From the NCBI GenBank assembly GCA_043797125.1, contig JAZDPX010000038.1:4071-68070 (forward strand): a stretch of 64,000 nt of DNA, read 5' to 3'. The notes beneath the pieces are model-generated. The model saw only the letters and a program-made list of their open reading frames with translations, did no database searches and had not been told where the DNA came from. The stretch comes from Candidatus Omnitrophota bacterium (GTDB taxonomy: Bacteria > Omnitrophota > Gorgyraeia > JABMRG01 > JAFGKX01). Shown in pieces: positions 49,210-58,977 of this stretch (within the stretch, counting starts at the first letter, position 1; each line of letters opens with the position of its first letter). Made by a program: the position numbers and the translations under genes.

Positions 49210-49279
49210 CGTTATTGCGTAATTGCGTTGTGCGTTATAGCGTTCGAAAACGCAATGACGCTATAACGCAATAACGCTA
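49210..49279. repeat. Palindromic GCGTTA/TAACGC-rich intergenic element (13-bp stem tgcgttatagcgt/acgctataacgca plus outer cgttattgcg/cgcaataacg).
   Basis: Inverted repeats between hisA and hisB. Confidence 0.6.
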
Positions 49280-49897
49280 CAACTTTCCTTTTGTGGACGG
49301 GGTTTTACCTTTTCTGCGCTGCTCTAATCTTACAGCTTCACACAATGCCCTGCCAAAAGACTTAAAAACCGCCTCTAATACATGATGAAAATCAGAACCT
49401 TTTAATATATCGATGTGCAGATTAATGCCGCTCGTAACCGTGAAGGCGTTAAAAAAATGTTTAGCAGCTTTTATATCATAGCCTGTAGATTTGTCCTGCT
49501 GCAAACCCTCATATGCAATCCGCGGAAGTGTAAAATCCAAAGACGGCCTGCCGGAGATATCCAACACAACCCTCACTTTTACCGCGGCAAGCGCCTCATC
49601 CATTGGCACAAAACTTGCGCCAAACCTACTTATGCCCTTTTTATCAGAAAGCGCTTTCTTAAAAGCCTCGCCCAGACAAAGGCCTGCATCTTCGTTGGTA
49701 TGATGTATATCCACGTTTAAATCGCTTTTTTTAACATCGAGTTTTAAATCAAACAAACCATGATAAGCAAAAAGCTCAAGCATGTGGTTTAAGAAGCCTA
49801 TGCCGGTTTTAATATTTGTTTTGCCTTTACCGTCAACGTTTAATTCGCAGGATATATCGGTCTCTTTAGTTTTTCTCCTGACTTTAGCTTTTCTCAT
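49277..49897 (-). CDS. hisB: Imidazoleglycerol-phosphate dehydratase.
   Basis: The protein contains IHHTNEDAGLCLGEAF. Confidence 0.9.
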   Translation of the reverse strand: MRKAKVRRKTKETDISCELNVDGKGKTNIKTGIGFLNHMLELFAYHGLFDLKLDVKKSDLNVDIHHTNEDAGLCLGEAFKKALSDKKGISRFGASFVPMDEALAAVKVRVVLDISGRPSLDFTLPRIAYEGLQQDKSTGYDIKAAKHFFNAFTVTSGINLHIDILKGSDFHHVLEAVFKSFGRALCEAVRLEQRRKGKTPSTKGKL

Positions 49898-49898
49898 A

Positions 49899-51119
49899 TT
49901 ACTTAAACCTTTCCTTTATTGACTCGATATGCTTCGTAAGCCCTTCGAGGGTGGCTATCCTTTCAATATCAGTAACAACGTTCTCTAAAGCCTTTTTTGT
50001 ATAAGATATAACGTGCAGGCCTTTTAGAAAATCGAAAATGCCTAAACCCGAAGAAAATCGTGCTGTACCGCCTGTGGGCAACACGTGGCTCGGGCCCGCG
50101 ATATAGTCGCCTACTGCTGTAGGCGAATAAGGGCCCAGAAAAACAGCGCCTGCATTTTTAATATTTTTCAGAATCTTATTCGGATTCTGTATCATTAGTT
50201 GCAAGTGTTCAGGAGCAATGGAATTTGCTATATCCACTGCCTCGCTCAAATTTTTTACCTTTATTATATATCCCTTGATCGCATACTGCCTCATGGCCTT
50301 AACAATGTCTTTAGACGGCGTAATTAATAAAGAAAATCCCATGAAGTGTTCTGCCTGCGCAGCCATATCAGCTGCTATAAGTTTCGGGTCGCTGAATTTA
50401 CCTGCGATAACAACAACTTCACTGGGACCTGCCAGCATATCCACGTCAACATAGCCGAATACCTGCCGTTTTGCCTCGGTAACATAAAGGTTTCCCGGGC
50501 CAACAATCTTATCAACCTTTGGTATTGTCTTTGTTCCGTATGCGAGCGCGGCAATTGCCTGCGCTCCGCCGGCTTTGTATATCTCTGTAACGCCTAAAAG
50601 ATTTGCGACAACCAGTATGTAAGGATTTATGCTCTGGTATTCGTTAGGCGGGCTTACCAGGACTATTCTCTGGACGCCGGCAACCTTTGCAGGCAGCACT
50701 GTCATATATACGGTCGATACCAAAGGCGCTGTCCCCGAAGGTATATATATGCCCACGGACTCAACAGGCCTGAGCATCTCTCCCAGGATAATGCCTTCCG
50801 CGTTTTTAATCTTCCATGATTTTTTAAGCTGCTTTTTATAAAATTTTGTAACATTCTCAATAATCACCTTCAGGCTGTTGACAATTACAGGGTCAATATC
50901 CTGAAACGCGCCGTTTACTTCGCGCGCTGAAACCTTAAGCTGCTTAGGTGCAAGTTTGACTTTGTCGAATTTCCTTGTATAATGTATCAACGCCTTGTCG
51001 CCATCGTGTTTGATATCTTCTATAATCTTGGAAACCTTGTTGACAATTTTTTTGTTACAGGTATAGCCCCTATTGCATAACCTGTTATACTCTTTACTTG
51101 ATGTTTTAATCAGTTTCAC
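49899..51119 (-). CDS. hisD: Histidinol dehydrogenase.
   Basis: The protein contains GAQAIAALAYGT and AGPSEVVVIA. Confidence 0.9.
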   Translation of the reverse strand: MKLIKTSSKEYNRLCNRGYTCNKKIVNKVSKIIEDIKHDGDKALIHYTRKFDKVKLAPKQLKVSAREVNGAFQDIDPVIVNSLKVIIENVTKFYKKQLKKSWKIKNAEGIILGEMLRPVESVGIYIPSGTAPLVSTVYMTVLPAKVAGVQRIVLVSPPNEYQSINPYILVVANLLGVTEIYKAGGAQAIAALAYGTKTIPKVDKIVGPGNLYVTEAKRQVFGYVDVDMLAGPSEVVVIAGKFSDPKLIAADMAAQAEHFMGFSLLITPSKDIVKAMRQYAIKGYIIKVKNLSEAVDIANSIAPEHLQLMIQNPNKILKNIKNAGAVFLGPYSPTAVGDYIAGPSHVLPTGGTARFSSGLGIFDFLKGLHVISYTKKALENVVTDIERIATLEGLTKHIESIKERFK

Positions 51120-53758
51120 TTTCTTAACTCCTCTAAAATTATTGCTTTGCCCTTATCGAGCACATTATCAATATCTGATATGCCCTTTATGCCGGCCTGG
51201 GCCATATCCGGCCTGCCGCCGCCTGAGCCGCCTGCAGCAGCCGCTATCCTGGATATTATCTTTCCCGAATGAAGCCCCCTGTTTATCATGTTAGGGCTGA
51301 TAGAAAGGATGAGGCTCGCCTGCTTTTGGCGTTCGCAGCCAAAAAATGCTATCCAGTCATCATCTTTTAGCTTCATTTTAACAACATCAACCGCGCTGCG
51401 CAAAAGCTCAGAATCCGCATCCTTGATTACTGAATAAATAAAAAATGCCTTGTTAACCTTTTCCGATTCATTGATTAATTTTTCCATTGACAGCCTTATT
51501 CTGTCCAATATGACCTGTTTTAATCTTTTCTGCAGATTATCAACATCTGCCTGAAGCCTGCTTATCCTTTCAGGGGCCTCGCCTTGCGTGCACCCCAATG
51601 CCGCGCAGATGTCCCTCAACGCGGCCTGCTGTTGATTTATTATTTCTATCGCCTGCCTGCCGGTAACAGCCTCTATTCTCCTTATGCCGCTAGCAACCGA
51701 ACCCTCTGATATTATCTTGAACATCTCTATTTCTTTTGTATTTCCTACATGCGTGCCGCCGCATAATTCCATGCTGTAATCACCCGCGCAAACAACCCTG
51801 ACCTGTTTTTCATACTTATCTTTAAAAAACGCCAAAGCGCCCTTCTGTTTTGCCTTATCTATGTCCATGGCATAGCAGTTGACTAAATCGGCATTGTGTA
51901 TTTTTTCATTTACCAGCTGTTCGACCCTGTCAAGCTCGTCCTGCGTCAATGCGTTAAAGTGGGTAAAATCAAACCTAAGTTTTTCCGCAGCTACCATTGA
52001 CCCTTGCTGCTGGACGTGCTCGCCCAAGACCTTTCGAAGCGCGCTTTGCAGAAGATGCGTTGCAGTGTGGTTTTTAACAATTTGCATGCGCCTTCCAGCA
52101 TCCACCTGCGCGTTCACCATATCATTCTTTTTAAGGCTCCCCTTTTCAACCAATACTTTAAGCAATATCGCATCTGAGTCCTTTTTTGCGTCTAAAACTT
52201 TCGCGATAAAATTCTCAGAGCTTAATACCCCCGTATCGCCTACCTGACCGCCGCTTTCGCCGTAAAATGGGGACTTATCCAAGACTACATCAGCGGTTTC
52301 CTTAAGGTTGATTTCGTCTATTTGTTTTGAATCCTTAAATATATTAAGCACCCTGGCATTTGCATTCAGTTTTTCATAGCCAATGAATTCCACTTTTTCT
52401 TTTACAAGCGGCTCCTTAAATATGGCGTCGTGTATCTGGCTTTTCTTGCGCGATTGCTCGCGCTGGCCTTCCATAAGCCTGTCAAATTCTTTTTTATCAA
52501 CCGTGAAACCACGCTCTGCTGAAGCAGCCTGCGTTACATCAAAAGGCAATCCATGCGTATCAAACAGCTTAAAAGCAAACTCCCCTGAAATCTGTTTCGC
52601 AGCTTCGGCTTTACGCCTATTGTATTCTTCTTCCAGTTCACGCATGCCTTCACGAAGCGTCACAATAAATCTTTCCTCTTCAGCTAACACAATCTGGCTG
52701 ACATTCTCACGCCTCTTTTTAAGCTCCGGATAAGCCAACTGCATTGTATTTGCGACAGATGGAACTATTTTGTATAAAAAAGGCTGCATAACGCCTTGCG
52801 CTCTCGCGTGCATGGCTGATTTTCTTATAAGGCTTCTTATCACGTACCCGTGTTTTTCATTTGAAGGAACAATGCCGTCGCATATGGCAAAACACACCGC
52901 TCTTATATGGTCTGCTATCGCATAAATATCTTTTTTGTGTTTATCGAAATTTATAGGCCTATCTACAGCTTTTGCTGTCTCATTCTTTATGGCCTCGATA
53001 ATAGGCGTAAAAAGGTCTGTATCAAAATTAGTGTTTACGCCCTGCACGACAGCGCATAAACGTTCAAGCCCCATGCCGGTATCTATGTTCTTTTTCGGCA
53101 AAGGCTCCAATATGCCGGCATCTCTTCTGTTAAACTGCGTAAAGACAAGGTTCCATACCTCGACAAACCTTCCGCAGTCGCAGCCAGGGCCGCAGTCATT
53201 TTTATCGCAGCCTTTTTCTTTTCCGTAATCGTAAAAAATCTCGGAGCATGGTCCGCAGGGGCCATTGGGCCCGTTTTTCTTTGCCTGCGAAGGCCAGAAG
53301 TTTTGCTTATCATCAAGCCTTGCTATTTTTTGCTCGGGGAGCTTCATATCATTCTTCCATATCAGGTACGCCTCTTCGTCATCCTCATATACGGAAACCC
53401 GGAGTTTGTCCTCAGGGATATTGATTTCTTGCCTTAAAAATTCCCAGGCCCATTGTATGGCCTCTTTTTTAAAATAATCCCCGAAGGAAAAATTGCCAAG
53501 CATCTCGAAAAAGGTGTGGTGATATGTTGTCACGCCAACATTTACCAGGTCATCGGTGCGCAGGCATTTCTGGCAGGAGCAAGCCCTTGTAAAACCTTTT
53601 ATATTTCCCAAAAACTGCTCCTTGAACTGGTTCATGCCGGCGCTTGTAAAAAGCACCGTAGGGTCACCCGCGGGAACAAGATTGTCGCTTGAAACCACCG
53701 TGTGCTTTTTGCCTTCAAAAAAGGCGAGAAATTTTTTTCTTATTTGATCATGCGTCAT
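51116..53758 (-). CDS. alaS: Alanine--tRNA ligase.
   Basis: The N-terminus is FTSAGMNQFKEQFLG. The editing-domain motif is HTATHLL...CGGTHV. Confidence 0.95.
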   Translation of the reverse strand: MTHDQIRKKFLAFFEGKKHTVVSSDNLVPAGDPTVLFTSAGMNQFKEQFLGNIKGFTRACSCQKCLRTDDLVNVGVTTYHHTFFEMLGNFSFGDYFKKEAIQWAWEFLRQEINIPEDKLRVSVYEDDEEAYLIWKNDMKLPEQKIARLDDKQNFWPSQAKKNGPNGPCGPCSEIFYDYGKEKGCDKNDCGPGCDCGRFVEVWNLVFTQFNRRDAGILEPLPKKNIDTGMGLERLCAVVQGVNTNFDTDLFTPIIEAIKNETAKAVDRPINFDKHKKDIYAIADHIRAVCFAICDGIVPSNEKHGYVIRSLIRKSAMHARAQGVMQPFLYKIVPSVANTMQLAYPELKKRRENVSQIVLAEEERFIVTLREGMRELEEEYNRRKAEAAKQISGEFAFKLFDTHGLPFDVTQAASAERGFTVDKKEFDRLMEGQREQSRKKSQIHDAIFKEPLVKEKVEFIGYEKLNANARVLNIFKDSKQIDEINLKETADVVLDKSPFYGESGGQVGDTGVLSSENFIAKVLDAKKDSDAILLKVLVEKGSLKKNDMVNAQVDAGRRMQIVKNHTATHLLQSALRKVLGEHVQQQGSMVAAEKLRFDFTHFNALTQDELDRVEQLVNEKIHNADLVNCYAMDIDKAKQKGALAFFKDKYEKQVRVVCAGDYSMELCGGTHVGNTKEIEMFKIISEGSVASGIRRIEAVTGRQAIEIINQQQAALRDICAALGCTQGEAPERISRLQADVDNLQKRLKQVILDRIRLSMEKLINESEKVNKAFFIYSVIKDADSELLRSAVDVVKMKLKDDDWIAFFGCERQKQASLILSISPNMINRGLHSGKIISRIAAAAGGSGGGRPDMAQAGIKGISDIDNVLDKGKAIILEELRK

Positions 53759-53836
53759 TTTTTATTCGGGTTTAATAACGGTGTAGCCCCTTATCAGAGG
53801 ATACGGGTGAATGCCCTACTTTACACTTGACACTTC

Positions 53837-54881
53837 TTAAGCTAACGCCGCCTCAGCAGCCGCCTGCCTGATCTTTTTCTCTATTTCAGTTAATATTTTC
53901 GGATTCTGCTTTAAATATTCGCGGGTGTTTTCCTTGCCCTGCCCCATTTTTTGTTCTAAGTATGAAAACCAGGCGCCGTCTTTTTGTATTACATTTAATT
54001 CAACGCCCGCGTCAATAGTGCTGCCTTCCCTTGAAATGCCTTCGTCATACATAATATCAAATTCAGCTGATCTAAACGGCGGTGCGACCTTATTCTTTAC
54101 GACCTTAACTTTAACATGGCTGCCTACTACCTTTTCTCCTTTTTTTAAATAATCTTTACGCCTGATATCCAGTCTTACGGAAGAGTAAAATTTAAGCGCG
54201 CGCCCGCCCGGTGTTGTTTCGGGGTTGCCGTACATCACGCCTATTTTCTCCCTTATCTGATTTATAAAAATAACGCATGTCTTGGACTTGTTTATTGAAG
54301 AGCTCAGTTTGCGCAATGCCTGGCTCATTAATCGCGCCTGAAGGCCCATGTGTGTGTCGCCTATTTCTCCGTCTATCTCTGCCTTAGGAACCAAAGCTGC
54401 TACCGAATCAACCACTATAACATCAACGGCATTGGAACGGACTAAAGTCTCTGTAATTGTCAAAGCCTGCTCTCCGCTATCAGGCTGCGAAATCAAAAGT
54501 TCATCCAAATTCACGCCAAGCATTTTCGCATAAGCAGGGTCAAAGGCATTTTCAGCGTCAATAAATGCGGCTGTGCCGCCTCTTTTCTGCGTCTGGTTGA
54601 TTATGCTTAATGTAAGCGTTGTCTTTCCGCTTGATTCTGGCCCGAATATCTCAAGAACGCGGCCTCGCGGAACACCGCCAATGCCTAATGCAATGTCTAA
54701 TGAAATCGCGCCTGTCGGTATTGCAGATACATCCGGCTTTACATCCTTGCTCAGGCGCATAATCGAGCCTTTACCAAACTGCTTCTCAATCTGGTCCAGC
54801 GCCAGGCTTAGGGCCTTTTGCTTGTCGCTTGTCTGTGCTTCCTTAACATCTTCATTGTCTTTCTTTTGCGATGCTCTTACC
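53837..54881 (-). CDS. recA: Recombinase RecA.
   Basis: GPESSGKTT is the Walker A. The start MVRASQKK at 54881 is preceded by SD GGAGGTG; the track ORF extends upstream to 54916. Confidence 0.95.
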
Positions 54882-54904
54882 ATTTGACACCTCCGATTTG
54901 TTGC

Positions 54905-54999
54905 ACAGATGATCACAGATTAGAAGACACAGATGATCGCAGATTCTTTTCCGATGGTATCTGTGATCATCTTGTATCTTTTAATCTGTGCTAATCTGC
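54905..54999. promoter_or_regulatory. Cluster of direct and inverted ATCTGTGATCATCTG-type repeats in the recA upstream region (candidate SOS/LexA-type operator).
   Basis: Plus-strand copies are cacagatgatcacagatt, cacagatgatcgcagatt, atctgtgatcatctt and aatctgtgctaatctgcg, each containing TGATCA. Confidence 0.45.
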
Positions 55000-55231
55000 G
55001 CAAAGAAAAAAACTGGTTTCTGGGACCCTATAGTATTAATTATAGTTTAACAATTATACAATGGGACTATACTGATGTAAAGGGAATTTTACATAAAAAA
55101 TCACCTCCCTGCTTATACATGTCCTCACTATAATAGACGATCTTTTTAGGCGATTAATTTTAAAAAAATGCAAAAAAATGCCCCCTGAAACTTAGGGGGC
55201 ATTTTATGTCTATAAGCTTAAGGTAGCTCTA

Positions 55232-56053
55232 CTAGGGCCTGACTATTGCAGGATTTTTTAATCTGTTTATTTCCCTGAGCAGCTTCTCAATAGTTTGTTT
55301 TAGGCGCGCTATTTGATCTTGAAGATACTTATTAAGTTCAGAAGCCTTCTTATATTGTTCCGTTAGCGCTTTATATTTTTCAATTAGCGCCCTGTAATGT
55401 TCCGTTAGAGCTTTATATTTTTCCATTAGCGCCCTGTATAGCTCTTTGTAGTTTGTGCCGTCTGAGCCTGCTTCAATCGGCATTGCTTTTATATATCCGA
55501 CGGCCGTAGAAAAGGCCGGCCACCAAGCCGCGTTTCGCTCAACGCCTGGCGGAGGAATCGGTTTGCTTATGTAATCGGGGCCGGCACGCATGATGATATG
55601 CCTGAATTGGTCTTCGATAGGGAACGCTTTCACCTGCCCTAATTGAATGACAGCAATAGCCTTTTTTTCGTTCGGCTTGATTATGTCTTCTTGAACCGGA
55701 GTTACTATGACCGCCATCGCGGGGTCTTGTACCAAATAATCCATTCCGCTGTAATGCTTGTCCTTTTCCTTATCTTTGTAGTAACTTAAGCGATACGCGC
55801 CTACCTGCCAGCCATTTATTTCATTTTCTAAGCTCTCTAGCTCAATGGGTTCCTCGCCGATATTTTTTAGCGTTAGACAACCATCTATAAGTACTAGATT
55901 GTCACGAGTCCATTGGCCTTCATTCATATCAATCTCAAGCACAAGATTGTCAAGTACGGATTCACCTCCTTCTTCTTTCGCAATAGCAGAATGACTTGCC
56001 AAAACCATAGCCATAACTACAATTGCGCTTATTACTACAATATATCGTTTCAT
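55232..56053 (-). CDS. Secreted protein with a C-terminal coiled-coil built from tandem repeats.
   Basis: It has a signal peptide (MKRYIVVISAIVVMAMVLASHSAIA) and a strong SD (aggaggtg). The C-terminal repeats are ALMEKYKALTEHYR / ALIEKYKALTEQYK, encoded by a roughly 36-nt DNA tandem repeat at about 55336..55450. Confidence 0.65.
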   Translation of the reverse strand: MKRYIVVISAIVVMAMVLASHSAIAKEEGGESVLDNLVLEIDMNEGQWTRDNLVLIDGCLTLKNIGEEPIELESLENEINGWQVGAYRLSYYKDKEKDKHYSGMDYLVQDPAMAVIVTPVQEDIIKPNEKKAIAVIQLGQVKAFPIEDQFRHIIMRAGPDYISKPIPPPGVERNAAWWPAFSTAVGYIKAMPIEAGSDGTNYKELYRALMEKYKALTEHYRALIEKYKALTEQYKKASELNKYLQDQIARLKQTIEKLLREINRLKNPAIVRP

Positions 56054-56352
56054 TTTACACCTCCTGTTACTGGTTAAAACCTCTCTCATTATAATCATTT
56101 ATAAAGTATTTAACTATAACCTAAAAAAAATCACCTCCTGTGTACTACTATATATAACACAATAGGTTAGAAAATATTCCTCTTTTTTGAATAATTCCAA
56201 AATGTTTTCCAAAAGCGATATTAATTGGATACATAAATAGCCCTTTCCATCTCTATATTAAGTTTACATTACCATGCTAACAAAGTCAAGGTTTTGGGCT
56301 GATTTTTCAAGATTTGCGGTAACAGTTCAGTCATTGTAAGTATATCGACTCG

Positions 56353-56384
56353 GACGTAGCTGAGCCTTAAGGCTCAGCTACGTC
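56353..56384. repeat. REP-like palindrome variant (gacgtagctgagccttaaggctcagctacgtc) with compensatory stem changes.
   Basis: It has the same outer arms (acgtagc/gctacgt) and cttaag centre as the three identical copies. The inner stem gcaggc/gcctgc is replaced by tgagcc/ggctca. Confidence 0.65.
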
Positions 56385-56420
56385 GGGAGGGCTTCCAAGA
56401 GCTGAACTATTAAGATTTGC

Positions 56421-56605
56421 ATAAGTGAGGCTTTTGCAATGCGAGGTGCATCAGAAAATTTTTGCCATCGAAGAAGCAATAGGTCTTTTTAGGGTTTATG
56501 GCGAGGAGCGGCTAAGTTTGAATATTTGGGAAAGCGAGCGAGCCATAAACCCAAAAAGACGGCAAAAATTTTCAGCACCGAGCATGCAAAAGCCTCACTT
56601 ATCAT
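56421..56605. ncRNA. About 185-nt near-continuous long hairpin (candidate sRNA, 6S-like RNA or MITE), strand undetermined.
   Basis: Paired segments are ataagtgaggcttttgca/tgcaaaagcctcacttat, agaaaatttttgcc/ggcaaaaattttc and ggtctttttagggtttatggc/gccataaacccaaaaagacg, with an apical loop of about 40 nt. The overlapping ORFs 56425..56673(+) and 56637..56819(-) are judged non-coding. Confidence 0.4.
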
Positions 56606-56662
56606 TTGATTCCTCTTGCTTTTGCCGCAGTTTTGCCTATAATATCACATTAAGGAGTCGCG

Positions 56663-57910
56663 ATGAGAGCTGAAATAATCGGCATTGGAACGGAAATACT
56701 ACTGGGCCATATTGTAAATACGAATTCTGCGTATCTTTCCAGGAAACTCGCTGAATTGGGCATTGATGTCTTTTACCATACCACTGTCGGCGATAATCCT
56801 CTTCGGCTATGCGCAACAATACAACAGGCCATGGGCCGCTCTGATATAGTTATTACGACAGGCGGATTAGGCCCGACTGTTGATGATGTAACATTAGAAG
56901 CCTTATCCAGAGCCCTTGATAAAAGGGTAATCTATATTCCTAAGATATACGAGCTTATTGAAGAACACTTTATTGCGAGGCACATTAAAACGCCAAAAAA
57001 CAATATAAGGCAGGCATATATTCCTGAAGGCGCTATCTGGCTGAAAAATGATTTTGGCACAGCGCCGGGCATTATCGCAAAATTCGGACCAAAAACCCTT
57101 ATTGCCCTGCCCGGGCCGCCCATGGAACTTATTCCTATGTTTGAACAAAGCGTTACACCTTATTTAAAAAGGCTAACCTATAAAAAATCCTGCGTAATTA
57201 AAACAAAAACTCTTAAAACAACCGGCTTGGCAGAAAGCCAGGTCCATCCCAAGATACAAAAATTCCTTCGCATGTCCGGCAATACTACGGTTGGAATTTA
57301 CGCGCATATCAGCCAGATAGACCTTAAGATTACAACAAAGGCCAAAACAGCTAAACAGGCCTCGAGTAATATATTAACCGTTGAACGACAAATAAGAAAA
57401 TGCCTTGGCAATTTAATTTTTGGCTCTGATAACGAAACTCTCGAGCAGGTTGTTGCGGACTTGCTGCTAAAAAGAAAAAAAACAATAGCAATAGCCGAAT
57501 CCTGTACAGGCGGGCTTTTATCAAGCCTGCTTTCTGATATACCGGGCTCATCACACTTTTTTATACATTCCATAATAGCTTATTCAAATAAATCCAAGAT
57601 TGACCTTTTGGGGGCCCCTGAACAAACTATAAAAAAATACGGCGCTGTAAGCCCCCAGACTGCCAAACTTATGGCTAAAAATATAAGGCTCTTGGCTAAT
57701 TCCGGTTTAGGAATATCTGTTACGGGAATTGCAGGGCCTGCAGGAGCAAGTAAAAATAAACCTGTTGGACTAGTTTATATTGCTCTTGCGGATAAGGATA
57801 AGGTTATTTGTAAAAAGTTTTATTTTACAGGCGAGCGCAAAATCATAAAGCGCTTCAGCGCGCAGGCGGCGCTTGATCTGCTGCGCAATTACCTACTGTC
57901 ATGCCCGTGA
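56663..57910 (+). CDS. cinA: CinA-family competence/damage-inducible protein (NMN deamidase).
   Basis: The N-terminus is MRAEIIGIGTEILLGHIVNTNSAYLS. The C-terminal CinA domain contains AESCTGGLLSS. Confidence 0.85.
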   Translation: MRAEIIGIGTEILLGHIVNTNSAYLSRKLAELGIDVFYHTTVGDNPLRLCATIQQAMGRSDIVITTGGLGPTVDDVTLEALSRALDKRVIYIPKIYELIEEHFIARHIKTPKNNIRQAYIPEGAIWLKNDFGTAPGIIAKFGPKTLIALPGPPMELIPMFEQSVTPYLKRLTYKKSCVIKTKTLKTTGLAESQVHPKIQKFLRMSGNTTVGIYAHISQIDLKITTKAKTAKQASSNILTVERQIRKCLGNLIFGSDNETLEQVVADLLLKRKKTIAIAESCTGGLLSSLLSDIPGSSHFFIHSIIAYSNKSKIDLLGAPEQTIKKYGAVSPQTAKLMAKNIRLLANSGLGISVTGIAGPAGASKNKPVGLVYIALADKDKVICKKFYFTGERKIIKRFSAQAALDLLRNYLLSCP

Positions 57911-57918
57911 AAACGGGC

Positions 57919-57948
57919 ATCTGGATTCCTGCTTTCGCGGGAATGACA
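57919..57948 (+). terminator. Hairpin element ggattcc..gctttcgc..gggaatgaca downstream of cinA.
   Basis: A related element lies downstream of the radical-SAM gene at 61118..61158 in the same orientation relative to its upstream gene. Confidence 0.35.
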
Positions 57949-57976
57949 ATGCTAACATTTCTGCAATCTAATAACC

Positions 57977-58558
57977 ATGTCTGACGCTACCACCAGGGCA
58001 TTTATAGCGATCTCTCTTACCAGGCAATTACATGATGAGTTATCTATTCTGCAGGATAAATTAAAACAAAGCAACGCTGATGTAAAATGGTCCGAACCTG
58101 AAAATATTCACCTTACCTTAAAATTCCTGGGCAATATCACTGACGAGCAGATTAAAAATGTGGTTTTAAGCCTTAAGAAAATTTCTTCCGGCTTTAATGC
58201 CTTTTCTGTTCATCTGGCGCAAGTGGGCGCATTTCCTAAAACTTCATACCCGCGCGTTATATGGGTTGGCATGGATGAAGGCGCTGAAACTGTAAAGAGG
58301 CTTAATCAATCTATTGAAAACGAATTAGAGGCTTTGGGTTTGCGCAAAGAGACTAGAGAGTTCTCGTGCCATCTTACATTAGGAAGGGTGCGTTCCGTAA
58401 AAAATAAGCAGGGCTTAACTAATATAATTGAAAAGGAAAAAGATTTTACTTCCGCTTACAGGGTTTTGATTGAGGACATTATTCTTTTTAAATCTACGCT
58501 TACTAAAAAAGGGCCCATCTACGAGCCTATTTTTAAAGGCAGCCTTATTAAAACCTGA
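57977..58558 (+). CDS. thpR: RNA 2',3'-cyclic phosphodiesterase (2H family, ThpR/LigT).
   Basis: Two H-x-T-x motifs are present (HLTLKFLG and HLTLGRV). Confidence 0.8.
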   Translation: MSDATTRAFIAISLTRQLHDELSILQDKLKQSNADVKWSEPENIHLTLKFLGNITDEQIKNVVLSLKKISSGFNAFSVHLAQVGAFPKTSYPRVIWVGMDEGAETVKRLNQSIENELEALGLRKETREFSCHLTLGRVRSVKNKQGLTNIIEKEKDFTSAYRVLIEDIILFKSTLTKKGPIYEPIFKGSLIKT

Positions 58559-58977
58559 AGTATAACATTCGTATATACAGCGCAGATAATATCATCGAGC
58601 ATAATCCCTGATGCGCCGTTAAGCTTCTCAGCCTGTTTAGCCGGCGGCGGTTTTATTATATCCAGCAGCCTGTATATAAAAAATCCGGTCAAGATAACCC
58701 ATAATCTAGCGGGCAACCCTAAATAAACCAGGCACATGCCGGCTATTTCGTCAATAACTATCTTGCGCGGGTCTTTTATGCCGTAAAGCTTTTCTGCAAT
58801 GCCGGCAGTTAAAAACCCCAGAAATACCAAGAGCAGGCATGCAATCACGTAAAGTAGAAAAAACTCATGCATCTGCAAAAATATCAAGACACCCAAAATA
58901 CTGCCTGTTGTCCCGGGTGCAATAGGTGAATATCCAAGATACAAACCGCTTGCGACTAATTTTATAACGGTTTTCAT
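58519..58977 (-). CDS. pgpA: Phosphatidylglycerophosphatase A.
   Basis: The protein contains GLYLGYSPIAPGTTGSILGVLIF and VIDEIAGM. The start MKTVIK at 58977 lies inside the hairpin element. Confidence 0.8.
   Translation of the reverse strand: MKTVIKLVASGLYLGYSPIAPGTTGSILGVLIFLQMHEFFLLYVIACLLLVFLGFLTAGIAEKLYGIKDPRKIVIDEIAGMCLVYLGLPARLWVILTGFFIYRLLDIIKPPPAKQAEKLNGASGIMLDDIICAVYTNVILQVLIRLPLKIGS

Noticed and set aside
56425-56819. ORFs 56425..56673(+) and 56637..56819(-).
   Set aside because: The first lies entirely within the 185-nt long hairpin. The second is antisense to the cinA start region. Neither has an RBS or plausible composition.
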